Below the pieces are notes generated by a model that was not told where the DNA came from, made no database searches, and worked only from the letters and a program-made list of their open reading frames with translations. A stretch of 37,172 nucleotides of DNA from Candidatus Pacearchaeota archaeon. Lineage in GTDB: Archaea > Nanobdellota > Nanobdellia > Pacearchaeales > GW2011-AR1. Both the position numbers and the translations under genes were made by a program. Below are positions 9,299 through 17,521 of the stretch, piece by piece. Each line of letters begins with the position of its first letter. Position 1 is the first letter of the stretch. The stretch lies in contig JAGVXK010000002.1 in NCBI GenBank assembly GCA_018303825.1, forward strand, positions 1 to 37,172, written 5' to 3'.

Positions 9299-10353
9299 AT
9301 TAATTTTACATCTTTTAATTCAGGACCATAAGAACCTAGATATAATTTAGGATTTTCATATGTTTTCTTGCAGTCATTAGCTATTCTATTAAGAAAATCA
9401 GATTGATTTTTGAAACCACAAAAGTCCCAGGTTCTTTCTGATAAATCAAGATGAGAAATATCTATCTTTGAAGCTCCAGACATCCTAATGTTGTGGATAA
9501 ATCTTTCTGAATCAAACTGTGCTGCTCTTCTTGGCCTTCCACTAACACTTCCTGTTTCCCCACCGTGTCTGATTAATTCCTCTAGAACTTTTTTATTTGT
9601 TATTTCATTTGCCATTGGAGCTTTTTTAGCAACAGCCGTTATATATGGCTTTATTATAAGATGAACATCTCTTACATATCTTAGAGACATCCCTATTTCT
9701 CCCAAATAGGCTGAAGTGTTTATTGTTCTTGCAGTAGTATATGGAAAGAATCCAAAGTGCTGACAGAGATCTATTCCATGGTCTGTTTCGAATAAAATAT
9801 GTTTGCCTTTTTCCAGTGCATCATACATCTCTTTTATTGTGTCTGTTTTGTAAGGAAGCAAATTAGAATCTGAAGTCATGAATACTGCTTCTTTGTCAAC
9901 CAAATCGTGCTTAGCCATGTTAACTCCGCTGCCGATGCTTCCAAGTTTCATTAACCTTGGATTTGCCCTTTCTCCATCTATGTGATTTTGAGTTACAAGC
10001 TTTGCTCTGAAATCTATTCCTAGTCTTTCAGGAGTTAATCCTAAAGTTGGGATTTCTGGGATGATTGTTATTGTTTCTCCTGTATGGGGTCTGAAATCTT
10101 GGCCTCCGTAAAGTAATTTTCTTGTATCGATGAAACTTCCACCACCTATGAGAATTCTCAGATTTGGATTGACTGCAGCGCAGGGCATGTGAACAAGACC
10201 AACTCTTTTTCCATCGATGTAAATGCTATGTCCTGCTTGAGGTGAAGCAGACCTGACCGATAAAGAATAATCTCCATTTAACCCAAGGTATTGGCAGAAT
10301 AAACCTTTGCCTTCATCTCCTCTTTGACCTCCAATTATTATATCTACGCTCAT
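9295..10353 (-). CDS. purA: Adenylosuccinate synthetase family protein, short archaeal type, divergent
   Basis: GGQRGDEGKG, AGHS, FPYTT, GSVSGRPRR; several IMP-pocket residues appear changed. Confidence 0.75.
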   Translation of the reverse strand: MSVDIIIGGQRGDEGKGLFCQYLGLNGDYSLSVRSASPQAGHSIYIDGKRVGLVHMPCAAVNPNLRILIGGGSFIDTRKLLYGGQDFRPHTGETITIIPEIPTLGLTPERLGIDFRAKLVTQNHIDGERANPRLMKLGSIGSGVNMAKHDLVDKEAVFMTSDSNLLPYKTDTIKEMYDALEKGKHILFETDHGIDLCQHFGFFPYTTARTINTSAYLGEIGMSLRYVRDVHLIIKPYITAVAKKAPMANEITNKKVLEELIRHGGETGSVSGRPRRAAQFDSERFIHNIRMSGASKIDISHLDLSERTWDFCGFKNQSDFLNRIANDCKKTYENPKLYLGSYGPELKDVKLI

Positions 10354-10502
10354 TTCTTTTCCAGAATTCCCTGTTGAAATGCTTTTATAAACACTTGTCC
10401 ATTTTAATATAATGTTTGGAAAATAATGGTTTTTTACTTTGAGAAAGTGTTTTTTGATTAATTATGTAAAAACTTAAATAGTTCTTTCATTATTTTTTAT
10501 AT

Positions 10503-10889
10503 ATGGGGAAAGTAATAAGAGGAGCTCTTTTTGGCGCAGTTCTTGGGGGTTTTTTTGCACTTGTGACTTTGCCGTGGAGTAAAAGTTATCAAACTCAAAA
10601 TTTAGAAAGAGAAATAGTAGCTTATAAATTAGGGAATTATGAAAATGCTGATAGATACAATGAGCTACAGGCTGAATTAATGGAAAGCAAACGAACAAGT
10701 GCTATTAGTTATTGTTTGGTGATGGGTAGTCTTGGCGCATTGGTTGGGGCAGGAGTAAGTTATAAGACTAAAAAGAAATCTATTTGTTTAAACTGTTCAG
10801 CAGCATCTTGTGTTTCCAGGGAAGCTTTCCATGCACAAAATAAAAAAACTCTTGAAAATAAAATTCGCGGTTTAACTTTCGGAAAATAA
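10503..10889 (+). CDS. Small membrane protein
   Basis: Two hydrophobic segments; TATA-like aacttaaata upstream. Confidence 0.55.
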   Translation: MGKVIRGALFGAVLGGFFALVTLPWSKSYQTQNLEREIVAYKLGNYENADRYNELQAELMESKRTSAISYCLVMGSLGALVGAGVSYKTKKKSICLNCSAASCVSREAFHAQNKKTLENKIRGLTFGK

Positions 10890-10984
10890 TAGCTTTAGTA
10901 GTAAATGAGGCGCGTTAGCGCCGATTGCGCCCGACATCATTATCTTATACACTGACATTTGTGAGGTTTTATTGGCTAAATGTT

Positions 10985-11004
10985 CGCTTAAGATTGATTA
11001 AACG
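10985..11004 (-). repeat. Core site S1: cgcttaa-gattga-ttaaacg (spacer inverted relative to other cores)
   Basis: 7-bp inverted arms, 6-bp spacer whose reverse complement starts TC like the other cores. Confidence 0.7.
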
Positions 11005-11067
11005 TAGCCAGAAATCTGTCCTGCGGATTTTATTTTCAATAAAACTCTCAATCTGCTTCCTCAGCTC

Positions 11068-11127
11068 CGCTTAAACCTTTTTCCAAACAACAGACGCGCT
11101 TTGCGCCTAATCTAGTTTAAACGAAAT
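11068..11127. repeat. Fold-back unit B1 (third arm 11068; core cgcctaa-tctagt-ttaaacg 11104-11123)
   Basis: Part of 135-bp repeat 10996-11130 matching 14439-14573 with 4 mismatches. Confidence 0.9.
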
Positions 11128-11250
11128 TGCCCTTTTCAAAATAGTGCGTCAGATACCAAAGGGGGTCGGCTCGAGGTCGCTTTCAGCGACAGATAGTTCT
11201 TCGCTGAGGCGAAGAGAAATAATCAAGATAATCGGAATTAGAAACAATAA

Positions 11251-11736
11251 TCATTTATATTTTTCAGAAACATTTTCTAAAGTGGAATCCAAGTTATTTC
11301 TCAATTTTTCAGATTCTAGCCTTAAAATTTCTTTTTTTGGCAAAAAGACTTTTCCAACATTATTTGTCCCATATTCATATAGGGGTCTTTCGCTGTCTTT
11401 TGACTGCAAGACAATACTTTCAACATTATTTGTTCCAGCAGAAGGCATTATAGCACTTCTAACTTCGTTAGTATTTCTTCCTAAGTAATTTCCACCAAAA
11501 ACTAAAGCAGAAGATAATATTCCATATGTTAACATTCTTTTAGCAAACCTACTAGGTTCTTTAATTAATTCAGCACAACCACCACCACCAATAACACCAC
11601 CAACAACACCACCAACAACGATATATGGAATAAATTCAGGATTATAACAACTTAATGCAGTTAATCCCGCGCCCGCTAGAATTCCAGATGCTGTAGCAAT
11701 TCTACTTTCTAATTTTAATCTTTGCTCATTTTCCAT
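11251..11736 (-). CDS. Membrane-anchored hypothetical protein (cargo)
   Basis: 161 aa, Gly-rich hydrophobic N-terminal half; own promoter at about 11758-11772. Confidence 0.6.
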   Translation of the reverse strand: MENEQRLKLESRIATASGILAGAGLTALSCYNPEFIPYIVVGGVVGGVIGGGGCAELIKEPSRFAKRMLTYGILSSALVFGGNYLGRNTNEVRSAIMPSAGTNNVESIVLQSKDSERPLYEYGTNNVGKVFLPKKEILRLESEKLRNNLDSTLENVSEKYK

Positions 11737-11926
11737 AGTTTTTAATTAAAAAAGGAGTATATAAAACTTTCTATTGTTACTACTAACTAAAGACACTGTA
11801 AACTTCTCGCCGACCCCCATAAACAATAGTACGCAGATACAAAGAGCAATTACGCTTCGGAAGCATCTTTTCAAGCAGATTTTGGTCCACGAGGCTTTTT
11901 ATGCGCACCCGTGCCTCTAAAGAGGA

Positions 11927-12065
11927 CGCTTAATCTCTGCTAAAAGGCACATTCCTTGATTTATCCTAAATCACTTTTCTCGTAAAAGACGGAATATGAC
12001 CTAACTTTCAATAATTCTAAGTTAAAAATAGCTTTGAAAGTTCTTTTAGCCTGAACGATTAACCG
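11927..12065. repeat. Fold-back unit AC2 (cgcttaa-tctctg-ctaaaag ... cttttag-cctgaacga-ttaaccg)
   Basis: 11929-12010 is 81/82 identical to 14308-14389; 12034-12062 is identical to 14416-14444. Confidence 0.9.
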
Positions 12066-12129
12066 CAGTTTATCTGTGCGGAGTTTTTGCAAAAATCAGG
12101 AAAAATTCTCAAGCCCAATTCCCTCGTTC

Positions 12130-12187
12130 CGCTTAAGCAATTTCAGAAACAAAACGCTATTCGCGTCTAATCGCGCTTAAGCGAAAT
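12130..12187. repeat. Fold-back unit B2 (core cgtctaa-tcgcgc-ttaagcg 12164-12183)
   Basis: Perfect cgcttaagc/gcttaagcg terminal stem; homologous to B1, B3, B4. Confidence 0.8.
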
Positions 12188-12233
12188 TTCTAACAAATTC
12201 AAAGATATCGGAAGTTGTTCACCCACCCAATAG

Positions 12234-12247
12234 GAAAGGTTTTTAAA
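12234..12247 (+). promoter_or_regulatory. Archaeal BRE-TATA promoter
   Basis: gaaaggtttttaaa about 30 bp upstream of ATG 12277. Confidence 0.6.
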
Positions 12248-12276
12248 GAACTTCCCCCTCGAGGAAATAACTTAAG

Positions 12277-13092
12277 ATGGGAAAGAAAATAATTCTACCG
12301 ATTGCTTTCGCTTTAATTCTTTTGGGCGCTGTTTTTGTTTCGGCATTGAATCTGCAAGATTTTACTAATTTACAACTCGGCAACAATCAGGGTATTGTGG
12401 AAAGTCCGAATGGACACGTTACTATTAATGTAGTAAAGGGATGGAATGTTCTACCTCTTAAGTTTATTTCTGAGGCATCGGGGAGATATTGGGGCAACTA
12501 TAAAGAAGGACAAACATGCAGTCAAGATGTTTTTCAGAATGTTTGGTATTATTCTCCTGAAAGGGCAAGTTATTATCACATCCCAGTAATAGATGATTGG
12601 AGTGCTCCTAAAACTAGAGATAACGCCTTTCTTTTGGGCGAACTTCAAGGGAAGTATTATCATGTCTTTGCAGGAAGCGCTTGGATGTATTCGCCGAAGA
12701 ATTGTACATTAGAAGGCGACAATGGTGTTGATTTAGTCTCTCGCAGTTATGGAAGCGAAGATCAAGATATATCTTATTCGTATGGCGATCTAATTTTGAA
12801 GGCTGGATGGAATTTTGTTCCAGTCGATTATCTTTGGTCGGCTATGGATAAGTCTTTTGCAGAAGTGTTCGCTGGGTGTAATGTAGAAAAGTTTAATATT
12901 TGGGATAGTCAAAAACAAAAATGGTTATTTTCTATATCTCAAAACGTGACGAGTGCTTCTTTTGCTTGGAATGAAGAAATAGCACCTCCTATGATTTTTA
13001 CAACGTTAGTCGTTAAAACTGGAAATGATTGTGCTCTGGCTAAAAATGTTATTGATGGTCAGACAGACTCAAACCCTCCAGCATTACCGTAA
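12277..13092 (+). CDS. Secreted/surface protein with two GWN motifs, ends in PPALP
   Basis: Signal peptide; VKGWNVLP and LKAGWNFVP; 4 Cys. Confidence 0.7.
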   Translation: MGKKIILPIAFALILLGAVFVSALNLQDFTNLQLGNNQGIVESPNGHVTINVVKGWNVLPLKFISEASGRYWGNYKEGQTCSQDVFQNVWYYSPERASYYHIPVIDDWSAPKTRDNAFLLGELQGKYYHVFAGSAWMYSPKNCTLEGDNGVDLVSRSYGSEDQDISYSYGDLILKAGWNFVPVDYLWSAMDKSFAEVFAGCNVEKFNIWDSQKQKWLFSISQNVTSASFAWNEEIAPPMIFTTLVVKTGNDCALAKNVIDGQTDSNPPALP

Positions 13093-13093
13093 A

Positions 13094-13264
13094 ATGGAAG
13101 AACAGACAACAGAAAAAAAAAGTAAGGCATGGATTTGGATTTTAATAATTATAATCTTAATAGCAATCGGAGTTGGAGTCTACTTCTGGCTAACAAGCGG
13201 AAGCGGGGGAAGTTCTATAATTGGGGGAAGTTCAATACCTCAACCACCAGCCCTACCAAACTGA
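13094..13264 (+). CDS. Small single-TM protein ending IPQPPALPN
   Basis: Start re-called at ATG 13094, 1 bp after upstream stop; 56 aa. Confidence 0.7.
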   Translation: MEEQTTEKKSKAWIWILIIIILIAIGVGVYFWLTSGSGGSSIIGGSSIPQPPALPN

Positions 13265-13388
13265 AAAACCTTTCTGATTAAAGTTCCCACCCACAACTTC
13301 CTCAAATAGTTAGAAATTACACTCGGGAAGGCTTTTCGAACACAGATAAACACTCGAGGATTTTCGTAATCAGCTCGAGCCAAAGGCA

Positions 13389-13531
13389 CGGTTAATCTCA
13401 CATAAGAGATAAATTCCTTAATTATTCCATAATTGTTTTTCTTCGTGAAAAAACGGAATTTAGTCTTAGTTTTAGCTTATATGATTTAGATATTAATGGC
13501 TAAAACCACTTTTATTACGAACGATTAAATG
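13389..13531. repeat. Fold-back unit AC3 (diverged copy)
   Basis: Same stems as AC2/AC4 with compensatory changes, conserved TCC loop and acgaacgattaa end. Confidence 0.75.
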
Positions 13532-13616
13532 AACTTGAAATTTGCTTCTTAATATTATAAACTAAATAGGAAGTTATTTTCAGAATGAAAATAATTCTCA
13601 ATCTCTCTTCTCGTTA

Positions 13617-13672
13617 CGCTTAAGCCTTTTTCAAAATCAGACACAAACCGTTTAATCTCGCTTAAACGTAAT
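13617..13672. repeat. Fold-back unit B3 (core cgtttaa-tctcgc-ttaaacg 13649-13668)
   Basis: tacgcttaagc/gcttaaacgta terminal stem. Confidence 0.8.
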
Positions 13673-13810
13673 TGACGGGAATACTAAACAAATTTATGAT
13701 TTGCATTCCCCCGACCACCCGCCCCTAAATAGTCGCCTTCGGCGATTATACAAAATAATTATCAGAAAACAAACGGGAAGGTGCGCCAAACAAAGTAACT
13801 AAGAAAATAA

Positions 13811-14104
13811 TTAGGGGTGCGGAACTGATGATATTGATTCAGTTTCAAATCTCTTTTTGAATTCTGGATTGGTCACAAGAAGTTTTTCCATCTCAGACCT
13901 TTCCCTAGTCCTTCTCTCATTAATTTTATCGTTAATTATTCTACCCCCAGCATAAAGTGCAATTCCAATCCAAGATTCTGATTTGTCAAGAGCAAGGACT
14001 CCAATTCCACCAACCTCTAAAGCATAACAAGTTATTTTTACAAAACCTAAGTCACGAAATGTTCTTCTGTGAAAGCTGTAGTCATCATATAGTTCATCTG
14101 CCAT
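13811..14104 (-). CDS. Small membrane protein (cargo)
   Basis: 97 aa, two hydrophobic segments; promoter agaaagctttaaata upstream. Confidence 0.6.
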   Translation of the reverse strand: MADELYDDYSFHRRTFRDLGFVKITCYALEVGGIGVLALDKSESWIGIALYAGGRIINDKINERRTRERSEMEKLLVTNPEFKKRFETESISSVPHP

Positions 14105-14305
14105 GAAATTTTATGAAAAAACTAATATTTAAAGCTTTCTATTTGTTACTATTATCAAGTTAAATCAGAAACAAAATGCACCTTCCCACCACCGCAAATC
14201 ATAAATCCAAACTCAAAATAGCCGTCAATTCCACTCGAAGAGAGATTCACGAACAAATATTCAAGACACGAGGGGCTTTAGTATCCCACTCGTGCCCATT
14301 CGGGT

Positions 14306-14447
14306 CACTTAATCTCTGCTAAAAGGCATATTCCTTGATTTATCCTAAATCACTTTTCTCGTAAAAGACGGAATATGACCTAACTTTCACCTTATACTAA
14401 CAATTCAATAACGGGTTGAAAGTTCTTTTAGCCTGAACGATTAAACG
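14306..14447. repeat. Fold-back unit AC4
   Basis: Near-identical to AC2; shares 21 bp and 31 bp exact blocks with AC5. Confidence 0.9.
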
Positions 14448-14510
14448 TAGCCAGAAATCTGTCCTCCGGATTTTATTTGAAATAAAACTTTCAATCTGCT
14501 TCCTCAGCTC

Positions 14511-14570
14511 CGCTTAAACCTTTTTCCAAACAACAGACGCGCTTTGCGCCTAATCTAGTTTAAACGAAAT
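14511..14570. repeat. Fold-back unit B4 (core 14547-14566)
   Basis: Identical to B1. Confidence 0.9.
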
Positions 14571-14682
14571 TGCTGATTGTGGGCATTTCAGTCAGACAGA
14601 GACACGTCGGGGGCTTGGGTGCTATCGCACAGAGAGCTTCGGCTCACGCCGAAGGAAATACCATTATCTCTTTGCGATTAAA

Positions 14683-15648
14683 TCACTGAGTTGGAATAGT
14701 TTCTATTTTGTGATATTTTGAAAAAGTAATGATCTCTATTTTCTTAAAAATAGGGAATTTAGTCTTAAGACTTTTAACAAATTCTACTAATTTTTGTTTA
14801 TTTTCTACCTCCAAATCTAATTCAAAATCCCAATCAGATATGGTATAATCTATAAAGATAACATTGCGATTTTGCTTACAATATGCCTCAAGCTCTTTGA
14901 TCTGATTAGTATTACTTAATTTAATGTTCAGTTTAAAATATTGATAACTGATTTTATTTAAGTTTATATTTACCCTATACCCTAAGATAATTCTCTTCTT
15001 TTCTAGTTGTTTAATCTTGTGTATTACTGTTCTGGGGGGAATTTGAGTTTTCGCAGATATTTCTAGAGCAGACATCCGACTATTTTTAACGAGAAAGGAA
15101 AGGATTTTTTTATCTCCCTCGTCTATCTTGATTTGATTGGATTGCCCAACAGATTCGGCACCCTTTCTGGGAATATCTGATAAATAATTTCTTTTGAAAT
15201 GGTCAACCCTTGAAATAATGCTTATCTGCTCATTTTCAATAAACTTCCGATATTTAGATTTGAATTGATTCCAGAAATGATAAAATTCTTGAATATTTTT
15301 AACGGTAGCCATAAACATCGCGTCATAATTTGCTTCGAGTTCAGCTACAATAGTACATATATTTTCTTTTATTAATTCATTTAGGATCTTCTCTTCTTCT
15401 AATGGATCGGTATTAATAAAATTAAAATAAACTCGAAATGCGATGTATCCTAATTTAGATACATCGATTGAAGGGTAAAATCCAAGAATAACTTTCTCCT
15501 CAATCAATCGTTTTAATCTAAATTGGAGAGTGTTTTGGTTAATTCTTAATCTTCTTGCTATTCTTGATATTGGCTGCCTAGAATTCTCGTCTAGCTCGGC
15601 TATGAGCCTCAAGTCTGTTTTGTCAGGGAGAGTGTATTCTTTAATCAT
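14683..15648 (-). CDS. Tandem-duplicated Lrp/AsnC-family transcriptional regulator
   Basis: Two HTH-RAM repeats (DKTDLRLIAELDENSRQP; DEGDKKILSFLVKNSRMS). Confidence 0.88.
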   Translation of the reverse strand: MIKEYTLPDKTDLRLIAELDENSRQPISRIARRLRINQNTLQFRLKRLIEEKVILGFYPSIDVSKLGYIAFRVYFNFINTDPLEEEKILNELIKENICTIVAELEANYDAMFMATVKNIQEFYHFWNQFKSKYRKFIENEQISIISRVDHFKRNYLSDIPRKGAESVGQSNQIKIDEGDKKILSFLVKNSRMSALEISAKTQIPPRTVIHKIKQLEKKRIILGYRVNINLNKISYQYFKLNIKLSNTNQIKELEAYCKQNRNVIFIDYTISDWDFELDLEVENKQKLVEFVKSLKTKFPIFKKIEIITFSKYHKIETIPTQ

Positions 15649-15739
15649 GTTGTTATAATGGCATTAGTATATATAAATATTGCTTTTTTAACAATAAATA
15701 GACAATAAAGTAAATATACTTTACAAATATGCATATCTT

Positions 15740-16648
15740 ATGTTATCGAGAGAATTGCCTCTTTTAGAGAGGCATATAAACTTTGAGAATGAGCAACTGC
15801 ATGTGCTTACGGCTCTTTATGGAGCAGTCGTGGGTGCGGTTAGCGAAGCAGACATAGAGTTATGCAAAAGCATTGAACTAATGAAATCTTCAACTCTAAT
15901 TTTAGACGATTTCCTAGATGAATCTCCAAAAAGAAACGGTATTGCTTCTATATATGCCGAGCAAGGGGCAAAGACAGCAGTTCTTACTGCTGAGCTTCTG
16001 AAGGGGGTGGCTTCTTCTAAACTAATAGAAATATTAAGGACTGATGCTCGTAATTATGATAAGCTTGCATTTTTGCATGTTTTTGAGGATACTTATGCAA
16101 CTATCTGCAGGGGACAGATGAGAGACATTTCGTTAGCAAAAATACCAATCTTAGAATATGTTCCTTCTGAGAAAGATTATTTTGATCTTATTGGAGACAC
16201 TTCTGCATGCTATATCCGAGCACCACTGCTGATGGGGGGAATAGTTATGAACTTACCTAAAGATGTGCTTACATCTCTTGGCGACTTTGGAATAAATATA
16301 GGACTTGCTTATCAGATAAGAGATGATGTGTTAGATCTTGTTGGAGATCCAGAGAATATGGGCAAACCCTTTGCTGGCGATATCAGAGAAAAGAAAAAGA
16401 GGTTGCCGCTCATACATCATCTTTCTGTTGAACCAAGGGGGCTTGTAAGAAAGATTATGACTAAACCTTGCTTAAATGACGAAGATGTTATAAAAGTAGT
16501 TGAAGAGCTAAGGCGCACAAGATCTTTGCAGTATTGTGTGGATAAGATCTTTTATTTCAAAGAAGAGGCAATGGATTCTTTATCATATAAAAATAATGAA
16601 TTGGCAGCAATAGCAGAATTAATCACTAATTTTCAAGGAGGTATATAA
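15740..16648 (+). CDS. Polyprenyl-diphosphate-synthase-fold protein (atypical)
   Basis: DDFLD and YQIRDDVLD Asp-rich motifs, GQMRD, MGKPFAGDIREKK; GKxxR motif absent. Confidence 0.8.
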   Translation: MLSRELPLLERHINFENEQLHVLTALYGAVVGAVSEADIELCKSIELMKSSTLILDDFLDESPKRNGIASIYAEQGAKTAVLTAELLKGVASSKLIEILRTDARNYDKLAFLHVFEDTYATICRGQMRDISLAKIPILEYVPSEKDYFDLIGDTSACYIRAPLLMGGIVMNLPKDVLTSLGDFGINIGLAYQIRDDVLDLVGDPENMGKPFAGDIREKKKRLPLIHHLSVEPRGLVRKIMTKPCLNDEDVIKVVEELRRTRSLQYCVDKIFYFKEEAMDSLSYKNNELAAIAELITNFQGGI

Positions 16649-16649
16649 A

Positions 16650-16838
16650 ATGGGAGAACTAATCCTATCCTATATAGGCAAGGAAAGAGTTCAGCTGCCA
16701 GATAGCTTGCAACCTTTGCAACCTTATTTATCTGCATGCTTTCAAGCAGATGAGGTAAGAAGATTGTTTGATGGGGCAGGCGATCTTCAGAGAATCTTGA
16801 ACTCTTATAAACCTGTAGAATCTAGAGGATCTAAATAG
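16650..16838 (+). CDS. 62-aa hypothetical peptide coupled to the prenyltransferase-like gene
   Basis: 1-bp gap; GGAGG Shine-Dalgarno upstream. Confidence 0.55.
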   Translation: MGELILSYIGKERVQLPDSLQPLQPYLSACFQADEVRRLFDGAGDLQRILNSYKPVESRGSK

Positions 16839-16849
16839 AAGGCAAGAAG

Positions 16850-16984
16850 ATGAATCAATTCACCATAACAAAGAAAATAGCAAAGCATGGAAAACAAGCA
16901 ATAATTGTAGTTCCAAAGCTATTAGAGGAACAGCTTAAACCAGGCACAATAGTTGAACTGAAAATAGAGATAATTAATCAATAA
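16850..16984 (+). CDS. 44-aa AbrB-like (DUF2080-like) protein, not in ORF track
   Basis: MNQFTITKKIAKHGKQAIIVVPKLLEEQLKPGTIVELKIEIINQ. Confidence 0.65.
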   Translation: MNQFTITKKIAKHGKQAIIVVPKLLEEQLKPGTIVELKIEIINQ

Positions 16985-17040
16985 CAGAGTGGGAAATTGA
17001 CTTCCAGAAAGCTTAAAAACTTCGCTTATTTGGAATATTT

Positions 17041-17175
17041 ATGGAAATGGTAAAGATACCAAAGGACGAATATGAGAAGCTGAAAATGCAAGCAAATGTA
17101 GACATGGATTTATTAAAACAATTAGTTAGAAGTGTGAAAGACATCAAAGAAGGTAGAGTAATTAGGGTTAAATAA
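17041..17175 (+). CDS. 44-aa putative antitoxin, not in ORF track
   Basis: MEMVKIPKDEYEKLK...SVKDIKEGRVIRVK, resembles small archaeal RelB-type partners; gaaagcttaaaa promoter upstream. Confidence 0.6.
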   Translation: MEMVKIPKDEYEKLKMQANVDMDLLKQLVRSVKDIKEGRVIRVK

Positions 17176-17179
17176 AAGA

Positions 17180-17521
17180 CTACGATTCTTCATCTTGTGA
17201 TTTGTTTTCTCTGACCAATTTTTCTATTTCATCTCTAAAAAATTCTAAGAAAAGTCTAATTGCGTTGATTGTTTTTTGCTGATCTTTTTTGCCACTTATC
17301 GCAACAAGATAAACTGCCTGCAAATCTTCATAGACTAAGTAATAAATTCTGTAATTTTCAAATCTTGATTCTCTGAACCATTTAGTTCCAAGAGGATTTC
17401 CATATTCAGGATTGTCTACTAATTTATCTTCTATTTTGTCAACCCTATCCTGAATTGATTTGTCATATTTAGCTATCTCCTCTTGAAAACCGACAGAACG
17501 AAACACCTTATACTTTTTCAT
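17180..17521 (-). CDS. RelE/ParE-superfamily toxin
   Basis: Start re-called at ATG 17521; NPEYGNPLG, FRESRFENYRIYYLVY, KKDQQKTIN. Confidence 0.72.
   Translation of the reverse strand: MKKYKVFRSVGFQEEIAKYDKSIQDRVDKIEDKLVDNPEYGNPLGTKWFRESRFENYRIYYLVYEDLQAVYLVAISGKKDQQKTINAIRLFLEFFRDEIEKLVRENKSQDEES

Noticed and set aside
9295-10353. PurZ (Z-genome pathway)
   Set aside because: Catalytic Asp of GDEGKG is retained (PurZ has Ser), and no dATPase/MazZ or phage context
11144-11488. Plus-strand 114-aa ORF
   Set aside because: Starts in repeat hairpins and shadows 11251..11736
11800-14680. Group II intron, retron or DGR
   Set aside because: No reverse transcriptase, no domain V motif, and no adenine-specific TR/VR mismatch pattern
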